From: an uncultured Gammaproteobacteria bacterium
GTDB taxonomy: Bacteria > Patescibacteriota > Patescibacteriia > UBA11705 > DATKZF01
DNA length: 64,000 nucleotides
Direction of reading: 5' to 3'
NCBI GenBank assembly: GCA_964411255.1
Contig: CAYPKD010000005.1
Location: 5,547 to 69,546, forward strand
Part shown: in pieces, positions 16,631 to 26,094 of the stretch
Position numbering within the stretch: position 1 is the first letter of the stretch
Layout: the number at the start of each line of letters is the position of its first letter
Made by a program: the position numbers and the translations under genes
Notes under the pieces: generated by a model
Database searches by the model: none
Seen by the model: the letters and a program-made list of their open reading frames with translations, nothing else
Told to the model about the DNA's origin: nothing

Positions 16631-19036
16631 ATGAAGAAATATAATCACCAAAAATTAGAAAAAAAGTGGCAAGAGTATTGGGAAGAAAAAGAAATATACA
16701 AAGCTTTGGATTTTGATCAAACAGATAAGCCTAAATATTACAGTTTAATAGAATTCCCTTATCCATCTGGGGAAGGTCTTCATGTTGGCCATCCGCGAAG
16801 CTACACCGCCTTAGATGTTATTGCCAGAAAGAAAAGGATGCAAGGGTATAATGTTTTATTCCCAATTGGCTGGGATGCTTTTGGTTTACCCACGGAAAAT
16901 TATGCAATAAAAACCGGTATTCATCCAAAATTAGCTACTGCTCAAAATGTTAAAAGATTTACAAAGCAATTAAAGAGCCTGGGATTGAGTTTTGACTGGT
17001 CAAGGGAAATAAATACTACTGATCCTGAATATTATAAATGGACGCAATGGATATTTTTAAAATTGTATGAAAATGGTTTAGCATATAAAAAGAAAATGCC
17101 AATTAATTGGTGTCCTTCATGCAAAATTGGTTTAGCCAATGAAGAAGTGGTCAGTGGAGTTTGTGAGCGCTGCGGTCATGACGCAGAAAAAAGAGATATG
17201 AAACAATGGCTTTTAAAGATAACTGCATATGCAGATCGTTTGATTGAGGATTTGGAAACCGTTGATTATTCTGAGAATATTAAAACAGCGCAAATAAATT
17301 GGATTGGCCGGAGCGAAGGAGCTGATGTTGATTTTGAAATAAAAGGAACAGATAAAAAACTTAGTGTTTTTACCACCAGACCTGATACTTTATTTGGCGC
17401 AACGTACATGGCAATTGCTCCTGAACATGAATGGGTTGAAGAAATCACCACAAAAGACAATAAAGAAGCTGTTTTTAATTATCAAAAGCAGGCCAGGCAA
17501 AAATCAGATTTAGAAAGAACTGATTTGGCAAAAGAAAAGACCGGAGTGTTTACTGGCGCGTATGCAATTAATCCGGTCAATGGCCAGGAAATTCCAATTT
17601 GGGTTGCTGATTATGTTTTGTCAACTTATGGCAGTGGAGCAATTATGGCGGTACCAGCGCATGATGAGCGTGATTATGAATTTGCCAAAAAATATGATTT
17701 GCCAATTATTGAAGTTATTAAAGGCGGAGACATCGCAAAAGAAGCTTACACCGAAGATGGTGAGTTAATAAATTCAGAAATGCTTAATGGTTTAAATGTT
17801 AGTGATGCCATAAGTAAAATAAATAAATGGCTGGAGGAAAAAGAATTTGGTAAAGCAACTATTAATTATAAGCTTCGCGACTGGATTTTTTCCCGGCAAC
17901 ATTATTGGGGTGAGCCAATACCAATTGTTTTTTGTAAAAAATGCGGTACAGTACCTGTCCCATATGAAGAATTGCCACTGGAGTTGCCAAAAGTTGAAAA
18001 TTATAAGCCAACTGAAACGGGTGAATCACCTTTAGCAAATATTAAAAAGTGGGTTAATACAAAATGTCCAAAATGTAAGGGATCTGCAAAGAGAGAAACA
18101 GACACAATGCCAAACTGGGCTGGCAGTTCATGGTATTTCTTGCGATATTGCGATCCAAAGAACAGTGAAGAATTTGCAAATTCTGAGAAACTAAAATATT
18201 GGTTTCCAATAGATTTATACAATGGCGGAATGGAACACACAACATTGCATTTATTGTATTCCAGATTTTGGCATAAATTTTTATTTGATATAGATTTAGT
18301 GCCAACTTCAGAGCCTTACATGCAGCGGAGATCTCATGGCTTGATTATCGGAGAGGATGGACAGAAAATGTCAAAGTCTAGAGGTAATGTTATTAATCCG
18401 GACGATATTGTTAAGGAGCACGGAGCAGATGTTTTGAGAACATATGAGATGTTTATCGGTCCATATGATCAGTCTATCGCATGGTCAACAAACGGTATAA
18501 ATGGAATTCGGAGGTTTATTGATAGGATTTATAATTTTAAGGGTTTTAAAAATAATGGAACTAAGGATTCTGAGGAAGTTGAGATATTATTGCAAAAGAC
18601 AATAAAAAAAGTAACAGATGATATAGATAAAATGCATTTTAATACAGCTATTAGCGCTTTAATGATTTTATTGAACAAATTTGAAGAAGAAAAGATTATT
18701 TCAAAAGATACTTGGAAAATATTTTTAATAATGTTTTCTGTGTTCGCGCCACATATAACGGAAGAGCTTTGGCAGGCTCTGGGTGAAAAGACCAGCATAT
18801 GCCTAAAACCATGGCCCAAGTATGATGAGGGTAAAATTAAAGAAGAAAAAATTAAATTAGTAGTACAGGTTGATGGTAAGGTACGGGCAAATATCGAGGT
18901 AGAAAGCGGAATAATTGAAGACGAAGCAAAACAAATAGCATTGAAAGATGAAAAATTAAAAAAATCTATTGGGGATAAGGAAATTAAAAAAATTGTGTTT
19001 GTGAAGGATAAGCTGATTAATTTTGTGATAAAGTAA
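16631..19036 (+). CDS. leuS: Leucine--tRNA ligase
   Basis: HVGH and KMSKS class I signatures, CP1 editing domain. Start moved to ATG 16631 (MKKYNHQKLEKKWQ..). Confidence 0.96.
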   Translation: MKKYNHQKLEKKWQEYWEEKEIYKALDFDQTDKPKYYSLIEFPYPSGEGLHVGHPRSYTALDVIARKKRMQGYNVLFPIGWDAFGLPTENYAIKTGIHPKLATAQNVKRFTKQLKSLGLSFDWSREINTTDPEYYKWTQWIFLKLYENGLAYKKKMPINWCPSCKIGLANEEVVSGVCERCGHDAEKRDMKQWLLKITAYADRLIEDLETVDYSENIKTAQINWIGRSEGADVDFEIKGTDKKLSVFTTRPDTLFGATYMAIAPEHEWVEEITTKDNKEAVFNYQKQARQKSDLERTDLAKEKTGVFTGAYAINPVNGQEIPIWVADYVLSTYGSGAIMAVPAHDERDYEFAKKYDLPIIEVIKGGDIAKEAYTEDGELINSEMLNGLNVSDAISKINKWLEEKEFGKATINYKLRDWIFSRQHYWGEPIPIVFCKKCGTVPVPYEELPLELPKVENYKPTETGESPLANIKKWVNTKCPKCKGSAKRETDTMPNWAGSSWYFLRYCDPKNSEEFANSEKLKYWFPIDLYNGGMEHTTLHLLYSRFWHKFLFDIDLVPTSEPYMQRRSHGLIIGEDGQKMSKSRGNVINPDDIVKEHGADVLRTYEMFIGPYDQSIAWSTNGINGIRRFIDRIYNFKGFKNNGTKDSEEVEILLQKTIKKVTDDIDKMHFNTAISALMILLNKFEEEKIISKDTWKIFLIMFSVFAPHITEELWQALGEKTSICLKPWPKYDEGKIKEEKIKLVVQVDGKVRANIEVESGIIEDEAKQIALKDEKLKKSIGDKEIKKIVFVKDKLINFVIK

Positions 19037-19037
19037 A

Positions 19038-19166
19038 ACCAGCATTTCTGCTGTACGCCTGCCAGTTTCGTGGTCAGCGGCAGAGATGCCGCTTGATTCA
19101 GTGCAGGCGCTTACAAGCACCATTTCTGGTGCTACCCAAAATGACAGCAGAAATGCTGGTTTTTTG
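19038..19166 (+). other. Branched G+C-rich structured element closed by a 17-bp perfect stem plus T-run (complex terminator or small RNA)
   Basis: ACCAGCATTTCTGCTGT (19038-19054) pairs with ACAGCAGAAATGCTGGT (19144-19160), then TTTTTT. Inner hairpins are GCGGCA-GAGA-TGCCGC, AGCACCA-TTTC-TGGTGCT and CGCCTGC/GCAGGCG. Confidence 0.6.
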
Positions 19167-19215
19167 ATATTTCGATAAGGTGTGATAAGATAATATATGA
19201 TTATCTAGGATAAAT

Positions 19216-19974
19216 ATGCAACTTATTCACGATTTACAAGCAATAGGTTTAAATGACAAGGAGGCAAAAGTCTATATTTCCACTTTACAGCTGGGGTTTG
19301 CCAGTGTACAGGATATTGCTGAAAACTCTGAAATAAATAGAACAACGACCTATACTCATGTAAAGAATTTAATTGAACGCGGAATGATTTTAGCACAAGA
19401 AAAAGAGGGAAAGGTTTTTTATATTGCTGAAAAGCCTGAAAAAATTCAAATATTATTAGTTGCCAAAGAAGAGGAAATAAAAAGACAGCATCAGATATAT
19501 GAAGAGGTTTTGCCAGAGCTAAAAGCACTGTATAATGTTTCTATTGAAAAACCAAAAGTGAGATTTTTTGAAGGGAAAAGCGGACTTGAAGAAATGCAGG
19601 AAGACATGCTGTATAGCAGGGAGCCGATAATGTACGGATTTTACTGTTTGGATTTTGTCTATGATGTTTTTCCAAATATTTATAAAAATTATTCCCAACG
19701 CAGAGTAAAGACAGGAATAAGAACAAAAATTATCTACACCCGTAAATCAGGTCAAATGTATTTTGAAGATGATTCTGACAGGCTGAGAGAAAGAAGGTTT
19801 GTGCCTTATGATAATTTTCCCTTTCAGAGTGATGTCACAATTTATGGGAAAAAGGTGGCAATTGCTTCTTTGAAAGATTCTCTTTCGGGAATAATTATTT
19901 CAAACAAAAAAATCGCAGAGAGCTTTAAGCTATTATTTGAATTAGCTTGGCAGGGAGCGAAAAAATATAATTGA
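19216..19974 (+). CDS. TrmB-family HTH transcriptional regulator
   Basis: N-terminal LQAIGLNDKEAKVYISTLQLGFASVQDIAENSEINRTTTYTHVKNL winged-helix region. Confidence 0.8.
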   Translation: MQLIHDLQAIGLNDKEAKVYISTLQLGFASVQDIAENSEINRTTTYTHVKNLIERGMILAQEKEGKVFYIAEKPEKIQILLVAKEEEIKRQHQIYEEVLPELKALYNVSIEKPKVRFFEGKSGLEEMQEDMLYSREPIMYGFYCLDFVYDVFPNIYKNYSQRRVKTGIRTKIIYTRKSGQMYFEDDSDRLRERRFVPYDNFPFQSDVTIYGKKVAIASLKDSLSGIIISNKKIAESFKLLFELAWQGAKKYN

Positions 19975-20012
19975 AAATATGGGATGTGAATAAAAGTGCA
20001 AAGCCTAGAACT

Positions 20013-20774
20013 ATGGATAACGTAAAACAAAAACTTATTGATTTTGGTTTGTTTGAGCAAGAAGCTGAGGCATATATTGAGTTATTAAAAAAAGGAGAAG
20101 CAAAGGCTGACGATTTAATTTATGGAACAAAAGACCATAATGATTTAATAGTGGCTTTGGATTCCTTAGCTGACCGGAATTTAATTAAAAAAATTGTTGG
20201 CAATGGCTCAGTTTATTATAAAGCAGAAGATCCGGAAAAAATTTTTAAAAATTTGAGTATAAAAAAAGCTCAGGCAGCTTCAAGCAAAGAAAAAATTGAT
20301 CAAGTAGTGGTAAATCTGGATTGGATTTATAATCAGACAGAACGGCCGACAATGGCAAATTCATATAGGGGATATCAAGGTCTTTTGGAAGCTAGAAAAA
20401 AAATTCTCAGCCAAAAATACGATAAAATTTATAATATTACTGCATTAAACAAATATCTTCCGAGAAATCATGTACAATCTTTGCTGAGTCAGGTGAAAAA
20501 TGGATTTTATGCAATTATTCCAAAATCAGATATTGAATATTTAGAAAAGATTAAAGATTTGATTGACAATGAACCAAAATTAAAGATTAAAATTATTGAA
20601 GATGATTTGTGGCAGGAAAAAATGGAAATTTTGATATTTGGAGATTGCGTATCATTTGGTAATAATGAAGATGAACAGCTTTATACAATGATTGAGGATA
20701 AAATCGTTGCGGTGGCAATGAAAAATATGTTTTTTAGCATTTGGAATGGTATTGAAGATGAATTTAAAAAGTAA
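20013..20774 (+). CDS. TrmB-like regulator paralogue
   Basis: LIDFGLFEQEAEAYIELLKKGEAKADDL. Start placed at ATG 20013; the track uses an upstream TTG at 19971. Confidence 0.65.
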   Translation: MDNVKQKLIDFGLFEQEAEAYIELLKKGEAKADDLIYGTKDHNDLIVALDSLADRNLIKKIVGNGSVYYKAEDPEKIFKNLSIKKAQAASSKEKIDQVVVNLDWIYNQTERPTMANSYRGYQGLLEARKKILSQKYDKIYNITALNKYLPRNHVQSLLSQVKNGFYAIIPKSDIEYLEKIKDLIDNEPKLKIKIIEDDLWQEKMEILIFGDCVSFGNNEDEQLYTMIEDKIVAVAMKNMFFSIWNGIEDEFKK

Positions 20775-20789
20775 AAACCGGACATGAAG

Positions 20790-21130
20790 ATGCCCGGGTA
20801 ACCCTGCTAGTGGAAGTTTTTTAATCACAACCAATATTAGCGCGCAGAAGAGTATGTATTCATCCTGGCTGAGTCCGTTTCCTCCAGCTTTAAGCACAGT
20901 ACATCTGTACAGAGCCAATAGAAGCAGAATCTGCGTTTGGTAAATTATCTCTCTGCACACAGCTGGCTTTGACCGATTACTGCTCAGAAGGGAAATAACT
21001 TGCACAATACACTCTCCTTATGCTATTTTGTTCGCTTTGAAGTTTTACCCTCAAAGGTACTATCAAATAGATCATAAAGAAAAGCATACGCAGGGTAATA
21101 CTATTATATATCAAAGAAATAAAAATGGAA
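20790..21130. other. ORF-poor, G+C-richer segment of unknown nature
   Basis: No plus-strand ORF. The only candidate is minus ORF 20652..21005 (AAGGAG-N8-GTG), which would run 123 nt antisense into the neighbouring gene. Confidence 0.3.
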
Positions 21131-21138
21131 ATAGGTTA

Positions 21139-21167
21139 TTGACAAAACGGTAAAAATGTGATAGTAT
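21139..21167 (+). promoter_or_regulatory. Sigma70-type promoter
   Basis: TTGACA, 17-nt spacer, TAGTAT, with an upstream TG. Confidence 0.5.
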
Positions 21168-21203
21168 TAAATATAATATATTATTTTATAAGGAGGTGCT
21201 ATT

Positions 21204-21398
21204 ATGGCCAGAAAAAAGACAAAGATTACCATTAAAATGAAGGAAACTGAGCAAGAGAAAGCTAAAAGGCGGCGTCGATCTGCCAGACGGGCAGGAGAGA
21301 CAGTTCATAAGCCTACCAGAGCTCATGAACCAAAAACCCGCTATAAGCGATCTCGAGCCAAACAGCAGCTTCGCAATCGACTGCAAAAGGAGGGCTAA
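21204..21398 (+). CDS. 64-aa highly basic (Arg/Lys-rich) protein
   Basis: SD TAAGGAGGTG. Sequence MARKKTKITIKMKETEQEKAKRRRRSARRAGE... The antisense ORF 21186..21386 lacks signals. Confidence 0.6.
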   Translation: MARKKTKITIKMKETEQEKAKRRRRSARRAGETVHKPTRAHEPKTRYKRSRAKQQLRNRLQKEG

Positions 21399-21415
21399 GC
21401 ATGGCTTGCCAAACT

Positions 21416-21453
21416 AAAAAAACCCTGATTCAATTTCAGGGTCTTTCTTTTTT
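21416..21453. terminator. Bidirectional Rho-independent terminator
   Basis: A-run, ACCCTGA-TTCAATT-TCAGGGT, then CTTTCTTTTTT, between convergent genes. Confidence 0.7.
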
Positions 21454-21464
21454 AAAATATTAAT

Positions 21465-23537
21465 TTAATCTTCTACTTGCTGAGTAATTACGCCCTTTTC
21501 TTTTCCTTCTTCATCAAATTCTAAATTTGTAGAAATCGGATTTAAGGATATTATCAATGAATCACCGGTAATTGAGTCTTTTGCTTCTAAGCTGGTGTTT
21601 TCAGTTAGCTTCATTAGTTTGCCAATGTCATCGTTAGTTGGTTCCAGACTGAGCTCAAAGTTTGTATGAGCTTCATTTACTGACTGAGGAAGCCTGTTAA
21701 TTTCCCAGGTTATTTGATTTGTATCAGAATTATAATTAATTTGCCCAGTCGTTATTTGTTCATTTCCTGACCAGCTTACTTTATCAGCCAGAGTAGCTTT
21801 TATTTTTACATCTGTTATTTCATGCAGATTATTTGAAATATCCCAGAAAATTTTATAGGTTGTCTTTTCATTTGCTTGCGGTGGAAGAGGACCAGAGCCG
21901 ATTTCATTCCCATCCTGATCATAATATAATGCTTTTATACCTAAAGCAATGTCTGTATTTAATTTGATTTCAATTGTCGAACTGTCAATTGTCGGCTCTT
22001 CTTCATTAATGGTTAATTGCAAATATAATTTTATGTTTTGCTCAGCTAAGCTTTCGTTTGAAAAGTCCTGCAAGGCAGCCAGTTTTTTTATTGGAATTGA
22101 AAATTCAATAACATTTTCTGAATAGGCATTTAAATTGCTTATATTCCAGCTTATTTGAGAGCCTTCTTCTGTATCCTCCAAATCACCGCCGCTCAGATCA
22201 CTGTTTTTCCAATCTAACACCTCTAACGGCCATTCAGTAATATTGGCAATTAGCCCGGCATCTTCAACATCCTGATCGCTTGTGTTTTTTATCACTGCAG
22301 TACAATTTATATTTTCACCATAGCTGGTATTACTATTTTCAGTTTTTCCATTTATTATTAAGTAAGCCAAAAGTTCTTGATCAGAAAGCTCTATAGTAAA
22401 TTGTTCTGATTTTTGGACAAAATTTTGGTCAAATTCTCCAGGATATAAAATTTGGAATTCAAATGGCTGATTTTTTTCAATTGTCGCTAAGTCAATGTCT
22501 TCGGAAAATATGCCTTCAACAGTTATTTCCTGTTCATTATTATCTGCTTTAATATTTTCAATTACCCATTCATTATTTTCAGATTTTGGCTGGCTTTGAA
22601 TAATTGAAAAATCAGCAGGAGATACTAATTTGATGATTAATTTTTCATAATCGATTTCTGTCGGGTTGCTATATGATAATGTCAAATTGAATTTTTGTCC
22701 TGGTATGGCATTTTGAGGATTAGTAATCAGTGCTTCAAGCTCAAGCGGCAAAACCTGGGTTGAATGCGTCTCTATTTTACTGAACTCAGAATTAAAATTT
22801 TCCGGGTTATAGGAAATAGTGGCATTAATTTTTTGAGTTGTGTCAACCTGTGTTATTAATTTACCTTTTATTTTTATTTGTCCAGATTCATTGATTTTAA
22901 TTTTATCAAAATTCCAGGTGCTATTTTCTGTTTCCGGAACTTGTTCAGTTAAGGAAAATCCTTTTGGCATTCTTACAAATAATTTAACATCTTTTAACGC
23001 CACCTGACCTTCATTTTCATAATTTATCAGATATGTGACCTCCTCGCCAATTTGGGTCTCGTCAGGTCCGATTATGCTAATTTTAATTTTATCCTCAGCA
23101 AACTGTTTTCTTTTATTAAAAACAATAAATCCAAATATACTGGCAGCAGCGATAATAAAAAGAAAAATAAGGGCTGATATTATAATAGTGCGTTTCCTCC
23201 TTTTTTGTCTTTTATCCATGATATGAGCCAGTATAGTTTCTTCTTCTTTCGCCTCTTTTTCAACATCTGAATTTGTCTGAAATAACTCTGCGGCCTGCTT
23301 ATATATAGAAGCAATTGATTCAGTATTTTTTGTTTTCTTTTTAAATAAGCTGAATTTACTTTTTTTCTTTTTTTGGGGTTTGTTTTTCTTCTGCTCTTTC
23401 TTCTTACCAGGTTTTTTCTCAGTTTTTTTATTAGTTATGGTTGTCTCTTTTTTTGAATCAGAATTTTTCTTTTCTTGATCAGAAAGATTTTTTTGTTCTG
23501 TATTTTTTTCTTCTTGGTTTGTGTTTTTATTTGACAT
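21465..23537 (-). CDS. Membrane-anchored surface protein with Lys-rich N-terminal tail and DUF11/CARDB-like repeats
   Basis: One TM (IIISALIFLFIIAAASIFGFIVF) after about 110 polybasic residues. Repeated beta-sandwich-like segments (EEVTYLINYENEGQVALKDVKLFVRMPKGF). Confidence 0.75.
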   Translation of the reverse strand: MSNKNTNQEEKNTEQKNLSDQEKKNSDSKKETTITNKKTEKKPGKKKEQKKNKPQKKKKSKFSLFKKKTKNTESIASIYKQAAELFQTNSDVEKEAKEEETILAHIMDKRQKRRKRTIIISALIFLFIIAAASIFGFIVFNKRKQFAEDKIKISIIGPDETQIGEEVTYLINYENEGQVALKDVKLFVRMPKGFSLTEQVPETENSTWNFDKIKINESGQIKIKGKLITQVDTTQKINATISYNPENFNSEFSKIETHSTQVLPLELEALITNPQNAIPGQKFNLTLSYSNPTEIDYEKLIIKLVSPADFSIIQSQPKSENNEWVIENIKADNNEQEITVEGIFSEDIDLATIEKNQPFEFQILYPGEFDQNFVQKSEQFTIELSDQELLAYLIINGKTENSNTSYGENINCTAVIKNTSDQDVEDAGLIANITEWPLEVLDWKNSDLSGGDLEDTEEGSQISWNISNLNAYSENVIEFSIPIKKLAALQDFSNESLAEQNIKLYLQLTINEEEPTIDSSTIEIKLNTDIALGIKALYYDQDGNEIGSGPLPPQANEKTTYKIFWDISNNLHEITDVKIKATLADKVSWSGNEQITTGQINYNSDTNQITWEINRLPQSVNEAHTNFELSLEPTNDDIGKLMKLTENTSLEAKDSITGDSLIISLNPISTNLEFDEEGKEKGVITQQVED

Positions 23538-26070
23538 AATCTTTTAGTTCAAAAATTAATCCGATTAATTCATCAGTATTTAATACTGTTTGCCCCACAG
23601 CTTTATTTCTATCTTTAATTTTTGCATCTTCAGGATAGAGCCATTTTATTTTATAATTATCAGGCAGAATAATGTTTGTTTTCAAGTCAATATTTTGCAT
23701 TCCTGGCTGTTTTTGAATAAACAGAGAATAAAATTGTGAGGAATTATTATTGTCAAAAACTGAATCAATTAATTTTTCTAACCATGAATTATCTTCTGGC
23801 AAGCTCAATCGAAAAGGCAAGGCATATGAGAGTTCTATTGTGCTTTTTTCATTTATTGGTGTTTGTATCCAATTGGCAAAAACCGTTTTACCTGATTCAG
23901 TATAAATTTCTGTTTTTGAAAGAGGATGAACTGAAACTGGAGTGATTATTTTTGACAGGGTTTGATCAGGCATTGCATTATTTAAAGGTTGATAAAAATT
24001 TGCTTCCTTCATGCTAGAAAAACCAGTAGCCTTTATTAGCTGGCTGCCCTGTGGAACAAATATTTTTAAATATGAGGTATTGGTCATGTTTTCAAAAATA
24101 TCATCAGGATCGCCTTTGTGTTCTCTTTCTATTCGCAAATTATTTATAATAGTACCGTTTTCATCGATATTGGTTGTTAATTCAACTTTTTGATGCATCA
24201 CATGGCTGGTTTTTCCACCCATCATGTTTATATCAACAATTGCCAGATAATCTTTTGATGTTTGCTTGACCTCGCCAGCCCAATTATATTCAACCACCAT
24301 TTTTTGCAGTTCTGGGTCATTTAAATACATTAATATTTCTTTTTTGCTAAAGCTGGTATTTAAGGTTTTTAGGATATTCGTTAAAGTAGCATCCTTGGCA
24401 GAGAAAATTGATTCAAGAATTTGAGGCGTAATATCAGCAATGAACTGTTTTGGCTTATTTTCTTCCCGGTCATATTCCAATTCCACAGATTTTTGGGTTT
24501 CTTCAATAAAATTTTCTGCTGTAATAATTTTTCCATATTGAGCTGCTTCAATTGGCGGTATATGATCAAGCAGTTGCTCTATTAGGCTGGCATTTATTGC
24601 TATTATGCCATCAACAGTTGCACCGCCGGCTTTTTGAAAAAACCATTCTATTTTCTGGGCTGAAGTAGGGAAGTCAAAAAACCAGTTTGAATCCTGCATT
24701 TCCCATTTATTATTCACTAATAGCAAAGGCTGCGGCGGAATTAAGCTTTCATACAAAGTTCCCTGAAAATCATAAGTACCGCCGCCAGGAATTTCAATAT
24801 TTTTTATTTCTCCTTTGTAAAAATCAACTAAAGCGACACTGCCCATAAAACCGCCGGTTGGCCGAAGCTCCCGGTTGTTTTGGAAAATTATCAGATATCT
24901 TTTTTTCTTTTTATGACCCAATACTTCCATCATAAATTTAGTAAATGAATCCAGCGTGTGAAAATCAGAATTAAATTGATGGATTTGCGACTTGACCTGA
25001 ACGAATTGATCTGCAAATTCCTCTGGAATGGCATTGGGGCTTATTAGATTTATTTTTTCAGTTGATTGATCGACTAAAGGAAGCGCTTCCTGTATTTGTA
25101 TTTGAATGTATGAAATTTTGTCAGTAATTTTTGAATTATCATTATAAAAATAATTTAGGCTTTCACTGAATATTTGCCCTAAAAGTGAAATGTTTTCTCC
25201 GACTTCAAGCAAATTTTGGGCATCAGATAAAGTTTTTCCTTCATATGGAACTATTTTTAGTATTGGTTGAAGTAAACTGCTGATTTCATCCAGCTGATTT
25301 TTTGCATTGTCAAAATTTCTTTCTGCTTTATTAAAATGTTTTTGTGCTGATGAAGGATTTTTTTCTGAAATTGCAGAGCTGGCAATTTTTAAGTCGCTAT
25401 ATGCGTCTTTTGTCAAATCAAGGACCTTGTCTTTTGTTTGATTTAATTTATAAAAGTGGCTGAAAGCATGAATCGGCCCAGCTAATAGAAGACAAACAAT
25501 TATAAAAACCGTTAATGCCCTGGCCCAGCCAACGGGTAAGACAAAAAGTCTTGGTTTAGTATATTGGCATTTAATTTCTTCATCAGATAATTTTATTTTT
25601 TTAAAATATGTTTCATTAAATTCTGAATTTAAACTGTCTGATCCTTCATCTACAATCTCAGCCTTTTGGGAAAGATCGAGCAGGTGAGGTGATATTTTTG
25701 GTTTGGCCTTTTTATATGAGGATTTGTTGGCAGTGTTTTTATTTAATAAAAAAGCAATATCTGCTTCATCTGAAGCATTGCTTTTTAAAATATTATCTAA
25801 TTTATTTTTCGACTTAACACCTTTTTTTCTTTTTGGAACAGCTTTTACTTTCTTTCTGGCTTTTTTTGTTATTGAACTCTTTTTTTTAACAAATTTTTTC
25901 TTTGTCGTTTTGTTTTTTGATTTTGGTTTTGCTTTTTTTATAATTTTTTTCTTTGCAGCAACTCTAACAGCCTTCTTAGCTTTTTTGTTAGAAGTTTTTT
26001 TCCTCACCACCTTTTTTTTAATGGTTTTCTTTTTTGCAGGTTTTTTGATTTTTGTTTTCTTTATTGCCAT
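23527..26070 (-). CDS. DUF4012 domain membrane protein with about 95-aa poly-Lys N-terminal tail
   Basis: NNRELRPTGGFMGS motif remembered for DUF4012. One TM. Overlaps the downstream gene by 11 nt. Confidence 0.75.
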   Translation of the reverse strand: MAIKKTKIKKPAKKKTIKKKVVRKKTSNKKAKKAVRVAAKKKIIKKAKPKSKNKTTKKKFVKKKSSITKKARKKVKAVPKRKKGVKSKNKLDNILKSNASDEADIAFLLNKNTANKSSYKKAKPKISPHLLDLSQKAEIVDEGSDSLNSEFNETYFKKIKLSDEEIKCQYTKPRLFVLPVGWARALTVFIIVCLLLAGPIHAFSHFYKLNQTKDKVLDLTKDAYSDLKIASSAISEKNPSSAQKHFNKAERNFDNAKNQLDEISSLLQPILKIVPYEGKTLSDAQNLLEVGENISLLGQIFSESLNYFYNDNSKITDKISYIQIQIQEALPLVDQSTEKINLISPNAIPEEFADQFVQVKSQIHQFNSDFHTLDSFTKFMMEVLGHKKKKRYLIIFQNNRELRPTGGFMGSVALVDFYKGEIKNIEIPGGGTYDFQGTLYESLIPPQPLLLVNNKWEMQDSNWFFDFPTSAQKIEWFFQKAGGATVDGIIAINASLIEQLLDHIPPIEAAQYGKIITAENFIEETQKSVELEYDREENKPKQFIADITPQILESIFSAKDATLTNILKTLNTSFSKKEILMYLNDPELQKMVVEYNWAGEVKQTSKDYLAIVDINMMGGKTSHVMHQKVELTTNIDENGTIINNLRIEREHKGDPDDIFENMTNTSYLKIFVPQGSQLIKATGFSSMKEANFYQPLNNAMPDQTLSKIITPVSVHPLSKTEIYTESGKTVFANWIQTPINEKSTIELSYALPFRLSLPEDNSWLEKLIDSVFDNNNSSQFYSLFIQKQPGMQNIDLKTNIILPDNYKIKWLYPEDAKIKDRNKAVGQTVLNTDELIGLIFELKDYVK

Positions 26071-26094
26071 AATTTACTAGAAGATTGAAAATGG

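Noticed and set aside
20890-20940. SRP RNA helix-8-like GAAGCAG motif.
   Set aside because: The flanking sequence cannot form the conserved symmetric or asymmetric loops, and the loop AATA is not GNRA-like. The resemblance is limited to one heptamer.
25703-26080. 125-aa Phe-rich plus-strand ORF.
   Set aside because: It is the antisense translation of the poly-Lys (AAA/AAG) N-terminal tail of the DUF4012 gene.
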